In this document: one piece after another, positions 54,707-64,000 of the stretch
How the letters are laid out: each line of letters opens with the position of its first letter
Position numbering within the stretch: position 1 is the first letter of the stretch
Notes under the pieces: model-generated
What the model was told of the DNA's origin: nothing
Seen by the model: the letters and a program-made list of their open reading frames with translations, nothing else
The model's database searches: none
Translations under genes and position numbers: made by a program
Assembly: GCA_016705245.1 (NCBI GenBank)
Contig: JADIYM010000003.1
Coordinates: forward strand, 420,148-484,147
DNA: 64,000 nucleotides
Direction of reading: 5' to 3'
Origin: Blastocatellia bacterium
GTDB taxonomy: Bacteria; Acidobacteriota; Blastocatellia; UBA7656; JADIYM01

Positions 54707-55597
54707 TCACTTCGGGGCAGGCCTGGGACCGATCGCCGCCTCTGCCGCAAAGGCCTTGATGGCGTCTCGCCAGGGCCGCATCGGGGCCAGTCCGAGGGCC
54801 TCCGACCGCACGCATCGCATGGCCGAGAAGGCTGGACGCGGAGCCGGAAGCCCCAATTCGGCAACGGTCACCGGAATCAGCTCGACGTCCGATCGTCCGG
54901 CGTCGTCGAGGGCGGCGCGGGCGACGTCAAACCACGTGGCCGGCTCGCCGCTGTTGCAGCAATGAAAGGTCCCCGACGTGTCGAGATTGATGAGCTCGAG
55001 AATCCGAGCGGCCAGGTCCGGGGCGTATGTCGGCAGGCTTCGCATGTCGACGATTCCCTTCAACCGGTTTGTCGCGGAAGCGTACTCGAAGATCCGGCTC
55101 GCGAAGTTCTTGCCTCCGACGCCGAAGAGCCACGAAGTGCGAACAATGAGGGCACCGGGCTGCGCGGCGAGGACCGTAAGTTCGCCTTCGAGTTTGCTGC
55201 GGCCGTAGACGCTGATCGGTTTCGGTGTGTCGTCGGTCGTGTAGGGCTCGCGCTTCGTTCCATCGAAGACGAAGTCGGTACTGACGTGGACGAGCCGGGT
55301 GGCCGATCTCGTGCACGCTTCGGCGAGCAATCCGGGCCCTGCGGCGTTCGCGAGCATCGCGGCCTCCGGATCGCGTTCGCAACCGTCGACATCCGTCATC
55401 GCGGCAGCATTGACGACCGCCGTCGGTCGGTGTCGGCCGAGCGCGCGGGCAATCGACTCGGCGTCGGTCACGTCCAGCTCGGAGCGGCCAACCGCGACGA
55501 TCGGGCGATCTGGCGTCGAGAGCGAAGCGAGCGTGCGTCCGAGCAGGCCGCCGCCACCGGTTACGAGGATCGGGTGGTTCGACATTGGGTGAGACAT
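54707..55597 (-). CDS. rmlD: dTDP-4-dehydrorhamnose reductase
   Basis: ILVTGGGGLLG Rossmann motif, YGRSK catalytic context; start at MSHPMSN preferred over the 5'-extended ORF. Confidence 0.8.
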   Translation of the reverse strand: MSHPMSNHPILVTGGGGLLGRTLASLSTPDRPIVAVGRSELDVTDAESIARALGRHRPTAVVNAAAMTDVDGCERDPEAAMLANAAGPGLLAEACTRSATRLVHVSTDFVFDGTKREPYTTDDTPKPISVYGRSKLEGELTVLAAQPGALIVRTSWLFGVGGKNFASRIFEYASATNRLKGIVDMRSLPTYAPDLAARILELINLDTSGTFHCCNSGEPATWFDVARAALDDAGRSDVELIPVTVAELGLPAPRPAFSAMRCVRSEALGLAPMRPWRDAIKAFAAEAAIGPRPAPK

Positions 55598-55851
55598 ATC
55601 ACGACCGGCTCGGCCAAAAAAAACCTGAACCCCTCCGAGGCCCGTGTCGTAGTGTGCGCTGTTCACGTTCTTTCTGAATTTGCACTGGAGCCGAAATCCC
55701 GCTTGGGCGGGGTGCGGGGGAACCAACTTTTGGGGTGAATTCCGCGGAGGGCCGCGGATAGAGCATCTTCCAGCTCGAACCCGTCAGCTAACCTCGTAGG
55801 CTGGTGGAAGAGCCGTCTGTCAATGGGCGACTCCTGGACTTGCTGTGTCCC

Positions 55852-55905
55852 GGGGCCGCCGCATGAGAGTCTCCGGCTCTCGCGCGGCGGCCCTTTTGAT
55901 TTTAC
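55852..55905 (+). terminator. Rho-independent-terminator-like hairpin (9-bp GC stem plus TTTTGATTTT) in the 400-bp intergenic region upstream of 56003
   Basis: GGCCGCCGC ATGAGAGTCTCCGGCTCTCGC GCGGCGGCC CTTTTGATTTT; no plus-strand CDS precedes it. Confidence 0.4.
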
Positions 55906-56002
55906 GGCCGCCTCGTGAACCTGCGCCGCGCCATGCTTTCTCCTCCTGGGCGCGGCGCCTTTGTCTGCCTACTCCCGCTCCCCGCCTGTTGGAGTGACCG
56001 TC

Positions 56003-56434
56003 ATGTCCACACAGGCATTGGTCCATGTGACCGTCCTCGACGCTTCCGTCGAGACGGCAAACGGCACGCGAACCGGCGTTTGCCGCCTTCGCGTGCGAGC
56101 CGCTCGAAACCTGCCACGCGCCGTCCACCGGGGCACGGTCCGCCTCGCCGGCCTCGAGCAGACCTTGCGAGGCACTTTCCCGTGCCGGCTGCTTCGCCAC
56201 TACGCGGTTGAACGCATCGGTGACGAGCCGGACGGCGCGGTCTATGCCGTGACGATTGACCTGAGCGACGAAGGACACGCCCCCGTGGCGCGCTACGCGC
56301 CGCCGGGAGCCTGCCTCAGGTCTCCGAGCGAACCGATCGAGGTCGTCTGCAAGCGAATTGCCGGCGTCTTCGGCCGCGTGTGCGAGGAGTTTCGTCCATC
56401 ATCGGTCGTCGTCGATCTCGACGCGACTGCGTAA
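56003..56434 (+). CDS. hypothetical protein (143 aa) with weak PilZ-like motifs
   Basis: RLRVR (RxxxR) and DLSDEG (DxSxxG), but ~55 residues apart, longer than the canonical spacing, hence low confidence. Confidence 0.35.
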   Translation: MSTQALVHVTVLDASVETANGTRTGVCRLRVRAARNLPRAVHRGTVRLAGLEQTLRGTFPCRLLRHYAVERIGDEPDGAVYAVTIDLSDEGHAPVARYAPPGACLRSPSEPIEVVCKRIAGVFGRVCEEFRPSSVVVDLDATA

Positions 56435-56488
56435 TTCGCGCGCCACCGCGCGCTGCCAGGAAAGCCAGTCGGCTTTCGGAGGAAGTCA

Positions 56489-58414
56489 ATGAACGTCGTT
56501 GTTCAGTCGACCCTGTTCGGTTTCGCGATCCTCGTGTTCTCAGTCGTGGTCGGATGGATCGTGCCGTCGCTCTACCTGATTCGCGAATCCGAAGTCGGTC
56601 TCGTCGAAAAAAAGGTCCTCGGCGGATCCCTTCCCGCGGGCCGCGTCGTCGCGGCCGACGGTGAGCAGGGACTGCAGGCCCGCACCCTCGCGCCCGGACT
56701 GCACTTCATGCCGAAACCGTTCTTCAAGGTGTGGCGGATTCCGCTCACGCGTGTGCCCCAGGGATTCATCGCCCTCATCACGGCGATCGACGGCGCACCG
56801 CTGCACATCGGCCAGCTGCTGGCGCGAACCGTCGATGGGCACCATAACTTCCAGGACGGCGTGGCCTTCCTGAGCCGCGGCGGTCAGAAAGGCGCCCAGG
56901 TCGGAATCCTGACGCCTGGCCAGTACCGGATAAACACGCGGCTCTTCGAGGTCGACATCGCCGCGGCGATCGAGGTCCCGGAGGGACGCATCGCCACGGT
57001 CACGGCGATCGACGGTGCGCCGCTTCCGATGGGTCAGCTTCTCGGTCGGGCGACGGCCGGCCACAGCAGTTTTCAGGATGCGGAAGCGTTTCTCGCCGGC
57101 GGAGGCCAGAAGGGACCTCAGGTAGAGATCCTGACGCCCGGCATGTATTACATCAACCCGCGGATGTTTGGCGTGAAGCTGGGCAATGCCGTCAAGGTCC
57201 GTACTGGCGAGATCGGCATCGTTGAAGCATTCGACGGCACCGAACTGCGCACCGAGCAGATTCTCGGCGACTCGCTCCGCGGGCACGACGACTTTCAGTC
57301 CGCCCAGGCATTTCTCGACGCGGGCGGCCAGCGCGGTCCGCAACTCGACATCCTCAAGCCGGGGATGTACATCAATCCCCTGCTTTTCGACGTGACGGTC
57401 CAGGACGCCACGGTGATCAACATCGGCGAGGTCGGCGTCATCCGCTCGAACGTCGGGATCCTGCCTCCGGTCGGTGAGGACGGCCGCACTCCGGATCTCG
57501 TCGACGAGGGGTACCGCGGCGTGCTCAAGACCGTGCTCGAGCCGAACACGTATTACCTGAATCCGATCGCGTACGTCGTGTTCCCTATCTCGACGCTCAA
57601 CATCACGATCGACTGGAGCACCGAGAATCGCGACACGCCGCGTGACTCGGTCACGGTGAAGAGCCGCGACGGATTCTCGTTCCCGGTCGACGTCAAGGTG
57701 GTCATTCGGGTCCTCAAGGAGCACGCGCCCCTCGTGGTCTCGAAGATCGGCTCGATCCAGAACGCCGTCGACCGCGTGATTCACCCGGCGATCGGCGCAA
57801 CGTTCCGCAACAATGCCGAGCGTTGTGACGCGCTCGACTTCCTGAACAACCGCTCGGTGCAGCAGGCGAACGCGAAGGACGTCACGACGGTCATGCTTCG
57901 CGAATACGGCATCGAGACCGTCGACGTGCTCGTCGGCAACGTCGGGATTCCCGAAGAACTGCTCAAGACGCAGACCGACCGCTTCCTCGCAAAGGAGCGC
58001 GAGAAGACCTATCGCGAGCAGAAGACGGCGGAGGACACGCGCCGCGAGCTCGAGAGCGCGACGGCACTCGCCAACCAGCAGAAGAACATCGTTGCGGCGC
58101 ACGCTTCGGTCGAGATCTCGAAGTCGTCCGCGGCTGCGATGGTCGCGGCCGCCGAAGGCGAGGCGCGGCAGATCGAGCTTCGCGCCGACGCGAACAGCGC
58201 GGCGTACCAGAAACTCATTGCCGAGATCGGGCGCGAGGGACTCATCGGCATCGAGATGCTCAAGCTCGTGCGCGATGGCCAGATCAAGATCACGCCCGAG
58301 GTGTATGTCTCAGGCGACAGTGCGGGGCCGATGTCAGCCCTGGCGGCAACGATGCTAGGCGGTCGACGCCAGGAGACCTCGATCCGAACGAGCGATGCGC
58401 CACAAGCCGCGTAA
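56489..58414 (+). CDS. SPFH/band-7 family flotillin-like membrane protein with three N-terminal ~60-aa tandem repeats
   Basis: N-terminal TM; repeats ...AIDGAPL..GQLL(A/G)R...FQD..AFL..GGQ(K/R)GPQ..IL(T/K)PG.Y.IN.; SPFH core; C-terminal Ala/Glu-rich coiled-coil AAAMVAAAEGEARQIELRADANSAAYQ. Confidence 0.7.
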   Translation: MNVVVQSTLFGFAILVFSVVVGWIVPSLYLIRESEVGLVEKKVLGGSLPAGRVVAADGEQGLQARTLAPGLHFMPKPFFKVWRIPLTRVPQGFIALITAIDGAPLHIGQLLARTVDGHHNFQDGVAFLSRGGQKGAQVGILTPGQYRINTRLFEVDIAAAIEVPEGRIATVTAIDGAPLPMGQLLGRATAGHSSFQDAEAFLAGGGQKGPQVEILTPGMYYINPRMFGVKLGNAVKVRTGEIGIVEAFDGTELRTEQILGDSLRGHDDFQSAQAFLDAGGQRGPQLDILKPGMYINPLLFDVTVQDATVINIGEVGVIRSNVGILPPVGEDGRTPDLVDEGYRGVLKTVLEPNTYYLNPIAYVVFPISTLNITIDWSTENRDTPRDSVTVKSRDGFSFPVDVKVVIRVLKEHAPLVVSKIGSIQNAVDRVIHPAIGATFRNNAERCDALDFLNNRSVQQANAKDVTTVMLREYGIETVDVLVGNVGIPEELLKTQTDRFLAKEREKTYREQKTAEDTRRELESATALANQQKNIVAAHASVEISKSSAAAMVAAAEGEARQIELRADANSAAYQKLIAEIGREGLIGIEMLKLVRDGQIKITPEVYVSGDSAGPMSALAATMLGGRRQETSIRTSDAPQAA

Positions 58415-58512
58415 GAGAGCTTCGCACACAGGGACGCGGAGACATGGAGGCACGGAGAATCCTGGACTCCGTGCCTCCGTGTCTCAGTGTCTCTGTGTGC
58501 GAAGCTCTCCCT
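58415..58512. repeat. Family-B palindromic repeat copy B6
   Basis: GAGCTTCGCACACAGGGACGCGGAGACATGGAGGCACGGAG...CTCCGTGCCTCCGTGTCTCAGTGTCTCTGTGTGCGAAGCTC. Confidence 0.8.
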
Positions 58513-60055
58513 ACTGCGTCGCGCCGCAGAATCGGCAGAATCGCAACTGACCCTGCAGCGGGCGCCCGCAGTTCCGGCACTTCATGTGCGCGGGAAGGTC
58601 CGCACCCTGAGTCTGGGCGTATGAGCCGGCCGACGACGGAGGCTTCGAGACCACGGGTGGCTTCGGCGGCGGCGCCTTGACCTTCGAGTCCGACCGGAAC
58701 CCGAACTTCGCGAGCAGTCCTCCGCCCGCACTCTTGCGGATGTCTTCGGTGAGGCGTCTGATCTCGGCATTGATCGGCTCGATGCGCCTCGCCTCGTCGA
58801 GCAGATCTTCGGCCTCCTCATTCTTCCCCGCCTTGTGGTAGAGGCGCGCCAACTCGACGAGCGGCTTGATGCTTCTCGGATTCCGGTCGCTCGCCTGGCG
58901 CAGCACCTTGTCGGCCGATGCCATTCCGCCGGGCCGCTTAGCCAGCACGCGCGCGTACGCGACGAGCGTGTCGATGTCGTTCGGTTTCTGGGACAGCGCC
59001 GACTCGAAGCACTGAACCGCCGCGGCAAAGTTCCCCGCAGCCGCTTCGGATTCCCCCATCTGGATGTACGCGGAAGCCAGCAGCTTCAACCGGCCCGTAT
59101 CGCCCCTCGGCCTGGGGGCGGGATACTGCAACGGCGCCGAGTGGCCTCGCTGTACCGGCGCCGGCGGAACGTATGGCGCCGTCCCGTCGAATTCGCCCAT
59201 CGTGATCGGAGCGCCGGCGTGATCTTCGTCGGACTGCATGCTGGCCGCCATATGGATGGCCGCAGCCGCGGTTTCGGAATCCACGACGAAGCCGCTTTCC
59301 ACGGCTTCCTGCCGCTGCCGGAGCAACCGGTCAGTGTCCGAGACCCGCCGATCGTGGAATGGTTCGATGACCCCGGTCAGCCGCAATGCAACGAGCGCCT
59401 TCAGGACCTCGGCTTCGGGAATGCCGGTGACGATCAGCAGATCCTCGAGCTTTGCCTCGGCCGTGATCTGCGAGGCGACCAGACCGTCGAAGAAGCTCAA
59501 AGGAAGGGTCGTGAGCCGGCCGGTGAAGCCCTCGGCCGGAGCCGTGCACTGCGCAAGCGAGCCGACGAAGCTGCGTATGAGCCCCTCGTTCTCCATCCTG
59601 TGCACCGCCTCGAGGATGAGGTGGCTGACGTCGATGCGAATCGGAAGCGGATGTTCCGCCTGAATTCCACCCGTGAATTTCGCCGTCGCGTCAGACGTGT
59701 CGTATGCGCGGCCGAACACGTCGAAGGCATAGTCGGCCAGCCAGACGCGAACCGTCTCGGCATCGCGGAGGTTCTGTTCGAGCACGAGCGAGACGAGCGA
59801 CTTCTTGCGGGTGACCTCCTTCTCGAGCTGGAAAAGCACGAGCCGCTCGGCGGCGCTCTCGAAGCGGCCGGCGCGCGTGAAGTAGGCGGCGAGGCTCTCT
59901 TCCGGGGCGTCCGACACGACGTACACGAGCTCCCCTTCTTCGAAGAACGCCATGCGGAATCGGCCGTTCACGCTCAGCCGGAGCACGCCGGTTTTTCGAT
60001 GATCCGCGATGTCGTGCAGGGACTCAGAGAGTCCAACGACCGATGATTCGCTCAT
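58511..60055 (-). CDS. DUF4388-like N-terminal domain protein with TPR repeats, Pro-rich segment and C-terminal zinc ribbon
   Basis: Real start MSESSVVGL at 60055; the ORF table over-extends to 60655 through Arg-rich junk. N-terminus GLSESLHDIADHRKTGVLRLSVNGRFRMAFFEEGELVYVVSD; TPRs (AGNFAAAVQCFESALSQKPND...); CRNCGRPL...CRFCGA. Confidence 0.65.
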   Translation of the reverse strand: MSESSVVGLSESLHDIADHRKTGVLRLSVNGRFRMAFFEEGELVYVVSDAPEESLAAYFTRAGRFESAAERLVLFQLEKEVTRKKSLVSLVLEQNLRDAETVRVWLADYAFDVFGRAYDTSDATAKFTGGIQAEHPLPIRIDVSHLILEAVHRMENEGLIRSFVGSLAQCTAPAEGFTGRLTTLPLSFFDGLVASQITAEAKLEDLLIVTGIPEAEVLKALVALRLTGVIEPFHDRRVSDTDRLLRQRQEAVESGFVVDSETAAAAIHMAASMQSDEDHAGAPITMGEFDGTAPYVPPAPVQRGHSAPLQYPAPRPRGDTGRLKLLASAYIQMGESEAAAGNFAAAVQCFESALSQKPNDIDTLVAYARVLAKRPGGMASADKVLRQASDRNPRSIKPLVELARLYHKAGKNEEAEDLLDEARRIEPINAEIRRLTEDIRKSAGGGLLAKFGFRSDSKVKAPPPKPPVVSKPPSSAGSYAQTQGADLPAHMKCRNCGRPLQGQLRFCRFCGATQ

Positions 60056-60222
60056 GCCGTGCTCCAGGAGGGGTGCAGCCGAGTGTACTGCACGTGGCAG
60101 GCAACGTCTACGCCGCGGCCCTCGAGCGGATGGCAGCACCGGGGCTTCGGTGCGCTCAAAGAAAAAGAGCGCCCCGGCGAACCGGAGCGCTCTCGAATGA
60201 GCGAGAAACGTGGCGCTCGAAA

Positions 60223-63166
60223 CTAGTTGTCCTGCACGTAGGTACGGCGGAACCCGGTCAGATTGATGTATTGGAAGAACGGCGTCCCAGGCGGCAGGCG
60301 TCGCGGATCGAGGAAGTTCTCGTCGAACACCCAGTTTCTGGTGGGCGGTTGGTACACCTGGTCGCAGCACTTGAACGGGCCGTTGTTGTTGATGCTGTTG
60401 AAGAGATTGATGAGCGAGCCGCAGTAGTTCACGGTGCGACCGCTCCAGTTCTCGCGGAACCGCTTGAAGTTGTGGACGCCACCCGCGAGGTGCGGGTCGC
60501 CGCCCCCCTGATTCGGTCCGTCGGTGGCGTTGAAGCTGATCGTGTCGCCCATCAGCAGGGCGGTGCGAACGGTGGTATCGGTGGTCGGGAACCGCCCGTC
60601 GAGCGTCGTCGTGCCGAAGTCGAACGCCCAGCGGAAGCTCTTGCCGTCGTTCCACTGGTTGCTGAGGATCGACACGGCATCGGCCACGACCGAGGCCGGG
60701 ACCATGTCGCCGCCCGCATTGCGGTAGTCGCTGAACGGCGTCGGCGTGCCGATGGCTACGACACCCGTGGCGTTGTAGTTGCCCTGGATGTAGACGCCCT
60801 GTTCGCTCGCGTACGAGAAGCCCCTGAACTGGTTGCCCGGGAGCAGCGACCCGTTGATGAGACGCGAAGCGCGCCGATTCCAGCGCGTATCGGTGACCGC
60901 CGCGATCGGCGCGTCGAGCCCGGTTGCATACGTCGCCGATTCGCCGTTGCCGAGACCCGCGTTGTCGTAGGAGTGGTTCAGGCCGCCGCTGCGATTGACG
61001 TCTTCGCCGATGGCAAAGCCCGTCGTGTCGGTCGCGTTCGCGACGTACACGTTTTCGCCGTCGTATTCGCCATCATTGTCGAGGTCGTTGCGCCGGTCCG
61101 ACATGTAGACGATCCAGCCGATCCCGCCATTGTCGGGAAGCGACGCGCCGGTGAGACCGTTCGGCATCGTTCCGTCGAAGTCCCCGTTGATGAGCCGCCT
61201 GAAGTTCGCCACGTCGAAATCGATCAAGCCCATGACGCCGTTGACCGGCACCCGCTGGCTGTTCGCATTCGGCATGTAGAGGCTCGTCCAGCTCGTGCCG
61301 CCAGTGTCGGGCAGCGACTCGTTGTAGAGCCCTTCCCGCGTGTCGAACATCATGATCGGGAACGGGACGAGGTGGACGTTCCGGATCGACGACGTCGCCG
61401 CGCCCGGATCGGGCACGGTGAGCCGGATCGGCAAACTCGTTCCGTAGGTGCCGACTCCGTTAAGCGGGCATTCGAAGATGGACTCGCGCGAGTCGAGATA
61501 GGCGTTGACCTCACAAACGACGTTTGCTCCGCGGTTTGCATCTCCGAGCGATGGAACGAAGGTATTGCTCGGGATGAACGAATACACCGACCGGTTCAGG
61601 GCCAGGCGCGCCACGGAAGTCGACTGATTCCCCGCGATACCGAGGAAGTTGTCGGGAACCTGCGGGGCATGGTTCGGGGTGTTGTTCTCGGTCGCCGACA
61701 CCAGGTAGTTGGCGTTGTTCACCTTGAGGGGCGGGCCGGCGATTGCGAAACGCTGGATCTTGAGAATCGCGTCCTGGTCGCCGAAACGCTGGGGTCCCGT
61801 CGACCCACCGCCAGCGGCCAGACCGAGCGGCACCGGCGTCCGATCGGTCATGCCAAGGCTGAGGATGTCGACGGTGATGTCGGTGGCCTCCGGCACCAGC
61901 GTTGCCGGGTTCGTGGCAACCGCCTCGACCTTGATCCACACCGGGCGATCCGCGATCGTCGTCAGACGTTCGCCGTTGATCTTGTGTGCGCGGGGCTGAC
62001 CGCCCCCCCGCGCCGTCGGCCAATAACCCTTCGCCCCGTTGCCGACAGTGTTCGCCGCATTCGGCTGGATAACGGCATTCAGCTGTACGCCGCCCGCTCC
62101 GCCAGGGAGTTGGGCCTGACTGTTGCTCAGCGTCACCCGTATGCAGGGCTTGTTGTAGTAGCGCGAATCGCGAAGAATCGCGTCATCGGCCGGCAGGCCC
62201 CGACGAATGATCGCAACCGGCGGCTGTCCGCCGAGCTGCAGCGGAAGCTGCAGTCGCGGCGTGCGGGCCACGAGGTTCCCGCGGGTGTGCGGAGAACGTC
62301 GGCCAGCCGGCGTTGACCGTGCCGTTCGGCTCGTCCGGATCCGAGTTGGTGATGTCGGGACCGCCGACGACGCTCCCGGACGAGACGATTCGATAGGTTC
62401 CGGTACCGTCGTTCACTCGGACTCGCTGGCCCCAGTTCGTGTAGGGCGACCCGTTGCGGGCCACGTCGACGACAACCTCACCGGCCGCGGTTACACGATC
62501 GCGGAACCGCGTGCTCGTATTGCCGGCCATCAGGTAGATGTCACCGTTTGTGTGCACCCGGCCGCCGAAGTTGAACGGCGGGCCGGGGTGATGCTCCTGC
62601 GGATCGTCGTAGAAGATGCCGAACTGGAAGATCGGAATAGTGTAATTGTTGAGCGTTCGGGTAAGCCGGACCTCGGCATTCGTCGGTCCGAGTGCCGTCG
62701 CGTCCATGCGCCATCCTTCACGAAGCGCAACAAGGCCGGCGAACGGCGAGCTCACGTCGACGGTCGTCTGCTCGGGCGGCTGACCGGGGTTCTCGCGCTG
62801 AAGATCCTGGTCGATGAAGAAATTCGGGAAGCCCGCAGGAACGTCGGCCTCGATGTTCGCGATGTCGACGGCCGTCGGCGTGATCCGGACGTCGAACACG
62901 TCGCTGAAGTTGCGCGACATGTGGTCGAGACTGGCCTGCGCCGCGAAATACGCGTCCGTGTTGGCCTGGTCGTTCGACATCATCAACGTCTCGTTCGTTA
63001 CGCGCGAGATCGTCGCCGCGACGAAGATCGCAAGCAGCGCCATGATCATCACGGCGATGATGATCGCAGTGCCGCGCTGGGACGTTCGGCCGCTTCGCGA
63101 ACGGGACTTTCGGGTGGCTTTCGTGTTCGTCTTCATTTTACTTTCTCCACTTCGAGGGCGGCGCAT
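60223..63166 (-). CDS. large type IV pilus-associated protein with PilX_N-like N-terminus (~980 aa), apparent frameshift near 62280
   Basis: N-terminus QRGTAIIIAVMIMALLAIFVAATISRVTN (prepilin-like hydrophobic segment). N-terminal and C-terminal ORFs overlap at 62183-62271 in different frames; junction at a CCC/GGG run at 62278-62286. Confidence 0.65.
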
Positions 63167-64000
63167 TAAGCCCCGTCACCGGACGGTCGTTCCTCGACGA
63201 CAAGGTTTGGCGTGTAAAACGATCCGTTGACTGTCACGCGAACCGGCTCTCCGGTCTTCGGATCGATCTGGCTGCCACGCAAGGCCACGGTGACGCGCAC
63301 GAGTCGGACGTTCGCACGGTTGGCGTTCCTGGGAACCGGGTTGCCCTCGCCGTCGACGGTCGGGCCGATGTCGTCGACAGTCGTTCCGTCGATGAGCACG
63401 TATTGCACCTGGAAGTCCTCGATGCCGTAAGCAAGTGGCATTTCAACGAAACCGGCGCCACTTCCGCTTCCCCCGGTCGGAACGATACCGCCGAGACCCC
63501 CGTTTTCGACTCCAGCGCCGACGAGCGTCGCCGTCTGGCCGTACAAGCGTCGAATGAGGACGTTCTGATCGTTCACGAAGTAGGTCACCCAAGTGATCCG
63601 CTTGCAGGCCGCAGCCTGGCGCAGCGGTAAGAAGGTACTTCCGCCTCCGGGATTGTTGAGTCCGAGCGGATCTCCCGAAGCGAACCGTAGCTGGTTGCCG
63701 CCGTCGATGTTGGTAAGCGACCCGATCGCCGGCTGCACACCGTCGTCGATGATGTAGACGTAGAGATCGCCCCCAACGGCAGCGGCGTTGTCGGGAAAGA
63801 CGTTGATCGTGTTCGTCGAATGAGCCACCGCATTCACGGCGACGGCCCGGCCGTTATTGAACTGATTATCCTGGTAAACGAACGTGACCGCATCGGTCGC
63901 AACGGTGACACCGTCCACCACGATGGGCTTCACCCCGTCGCCAGGGACGACCGGAGTCAGCCAGTCTACGTCTCCGTCGGTCTCGCCCGGCAGGAACATA
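63166..64000 (-). CDS. type IV pilus assembly/minor pilin protein (PilW-like), C-terminal part; 5' end beyond window
   Basis: Gly/Asn/Thr-rich, beta-strand-rich; stop overlaps the downstream PilX_N gene start (TGATG); frame open to the window end. Confidence 0.5.
   Translation of the reverse strand, partial: MFLPGETDGDVDWLTPVVPGDGVKPIVVDGVTVATDAVTFVYQDNQFNNGRAVAVNAVAHSTNTINVFPDNAAAVGGDLYVYIIDDGVQPAIGSLTNIDGGNQLRFASGDPLGLNNPGGGSTFLPLRQAAACKRITWVTYFVNDQNVLIRRLYGQTATLVGAGVENGGLGGIVPTGGSGSGAGFVEMPLAYGIEDFQVQYVLIDGTTVDDIGPTVDGEGNPVPRNANRANVRLVRVTVALRGSQIDPKTGEPVRVTVNGSFYTPNLVVEERPSGDGA

Overview
This is a high-GC (about 67%) bacterial chromosomal segment with dense, mostly minus-strand coding. 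The gene content is TIGR02999-type ECF sigma plus Ser/Thr kinase, TPR-CHAT, DUF4384, DUF4388 and FHA/PP2C proteins, consistent with a soil Acidobacteria-like or related phylum. That assignment is an inference only. Housekeeping genes present: hisS, purL, purQ, purS, purB, folD, coaE, coaD, an aspartate aminotransferase, pabB/pabC, ggt, two tandem PPi-type phosphofructokinases. Envelope genes: two TonB paralogs, rfaE-kinase, a GT9 heptosyltransferase, an NDP-sugar dehydrogenase, rmlD, type IV pilus minor-pilin genes. Signalling genes: sigma-54 activator, FHA+PP2C pair, ECF sigma / Ser-Thr kinase / secreted TPR-CHAT / DUF4384 module. Also a Tat-exported PaoABC-like molybdenum hydroxylase operon and a bactofilin / pentapeptide-repeat / proline-rich-protein operon. 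Most striking features. (1) A REPtron-like element: an internally deleted IS200-like RAYT transposase remnant flanked by ~100-bp inverted terminal segments and inverted arrays of a 23-bp REP unit. (2) Two families of nested palindromic intergenic repeats, 5 and 6 copies. (3) The canonical purS-purQ-purL operon is split by a ~10-kb island carrying the ECF/kinase/CHAT module and the REPtron, bounded by family-B repeats. (4) At least 12 genes show single-base frameshifts, mostly at homopolymer runs, and two carry in-frame TAG codons. This points to an indel-prone assembly; real pseudogenes are the alternative. No rRNA, convincing tRNA or CRISPR array was found.
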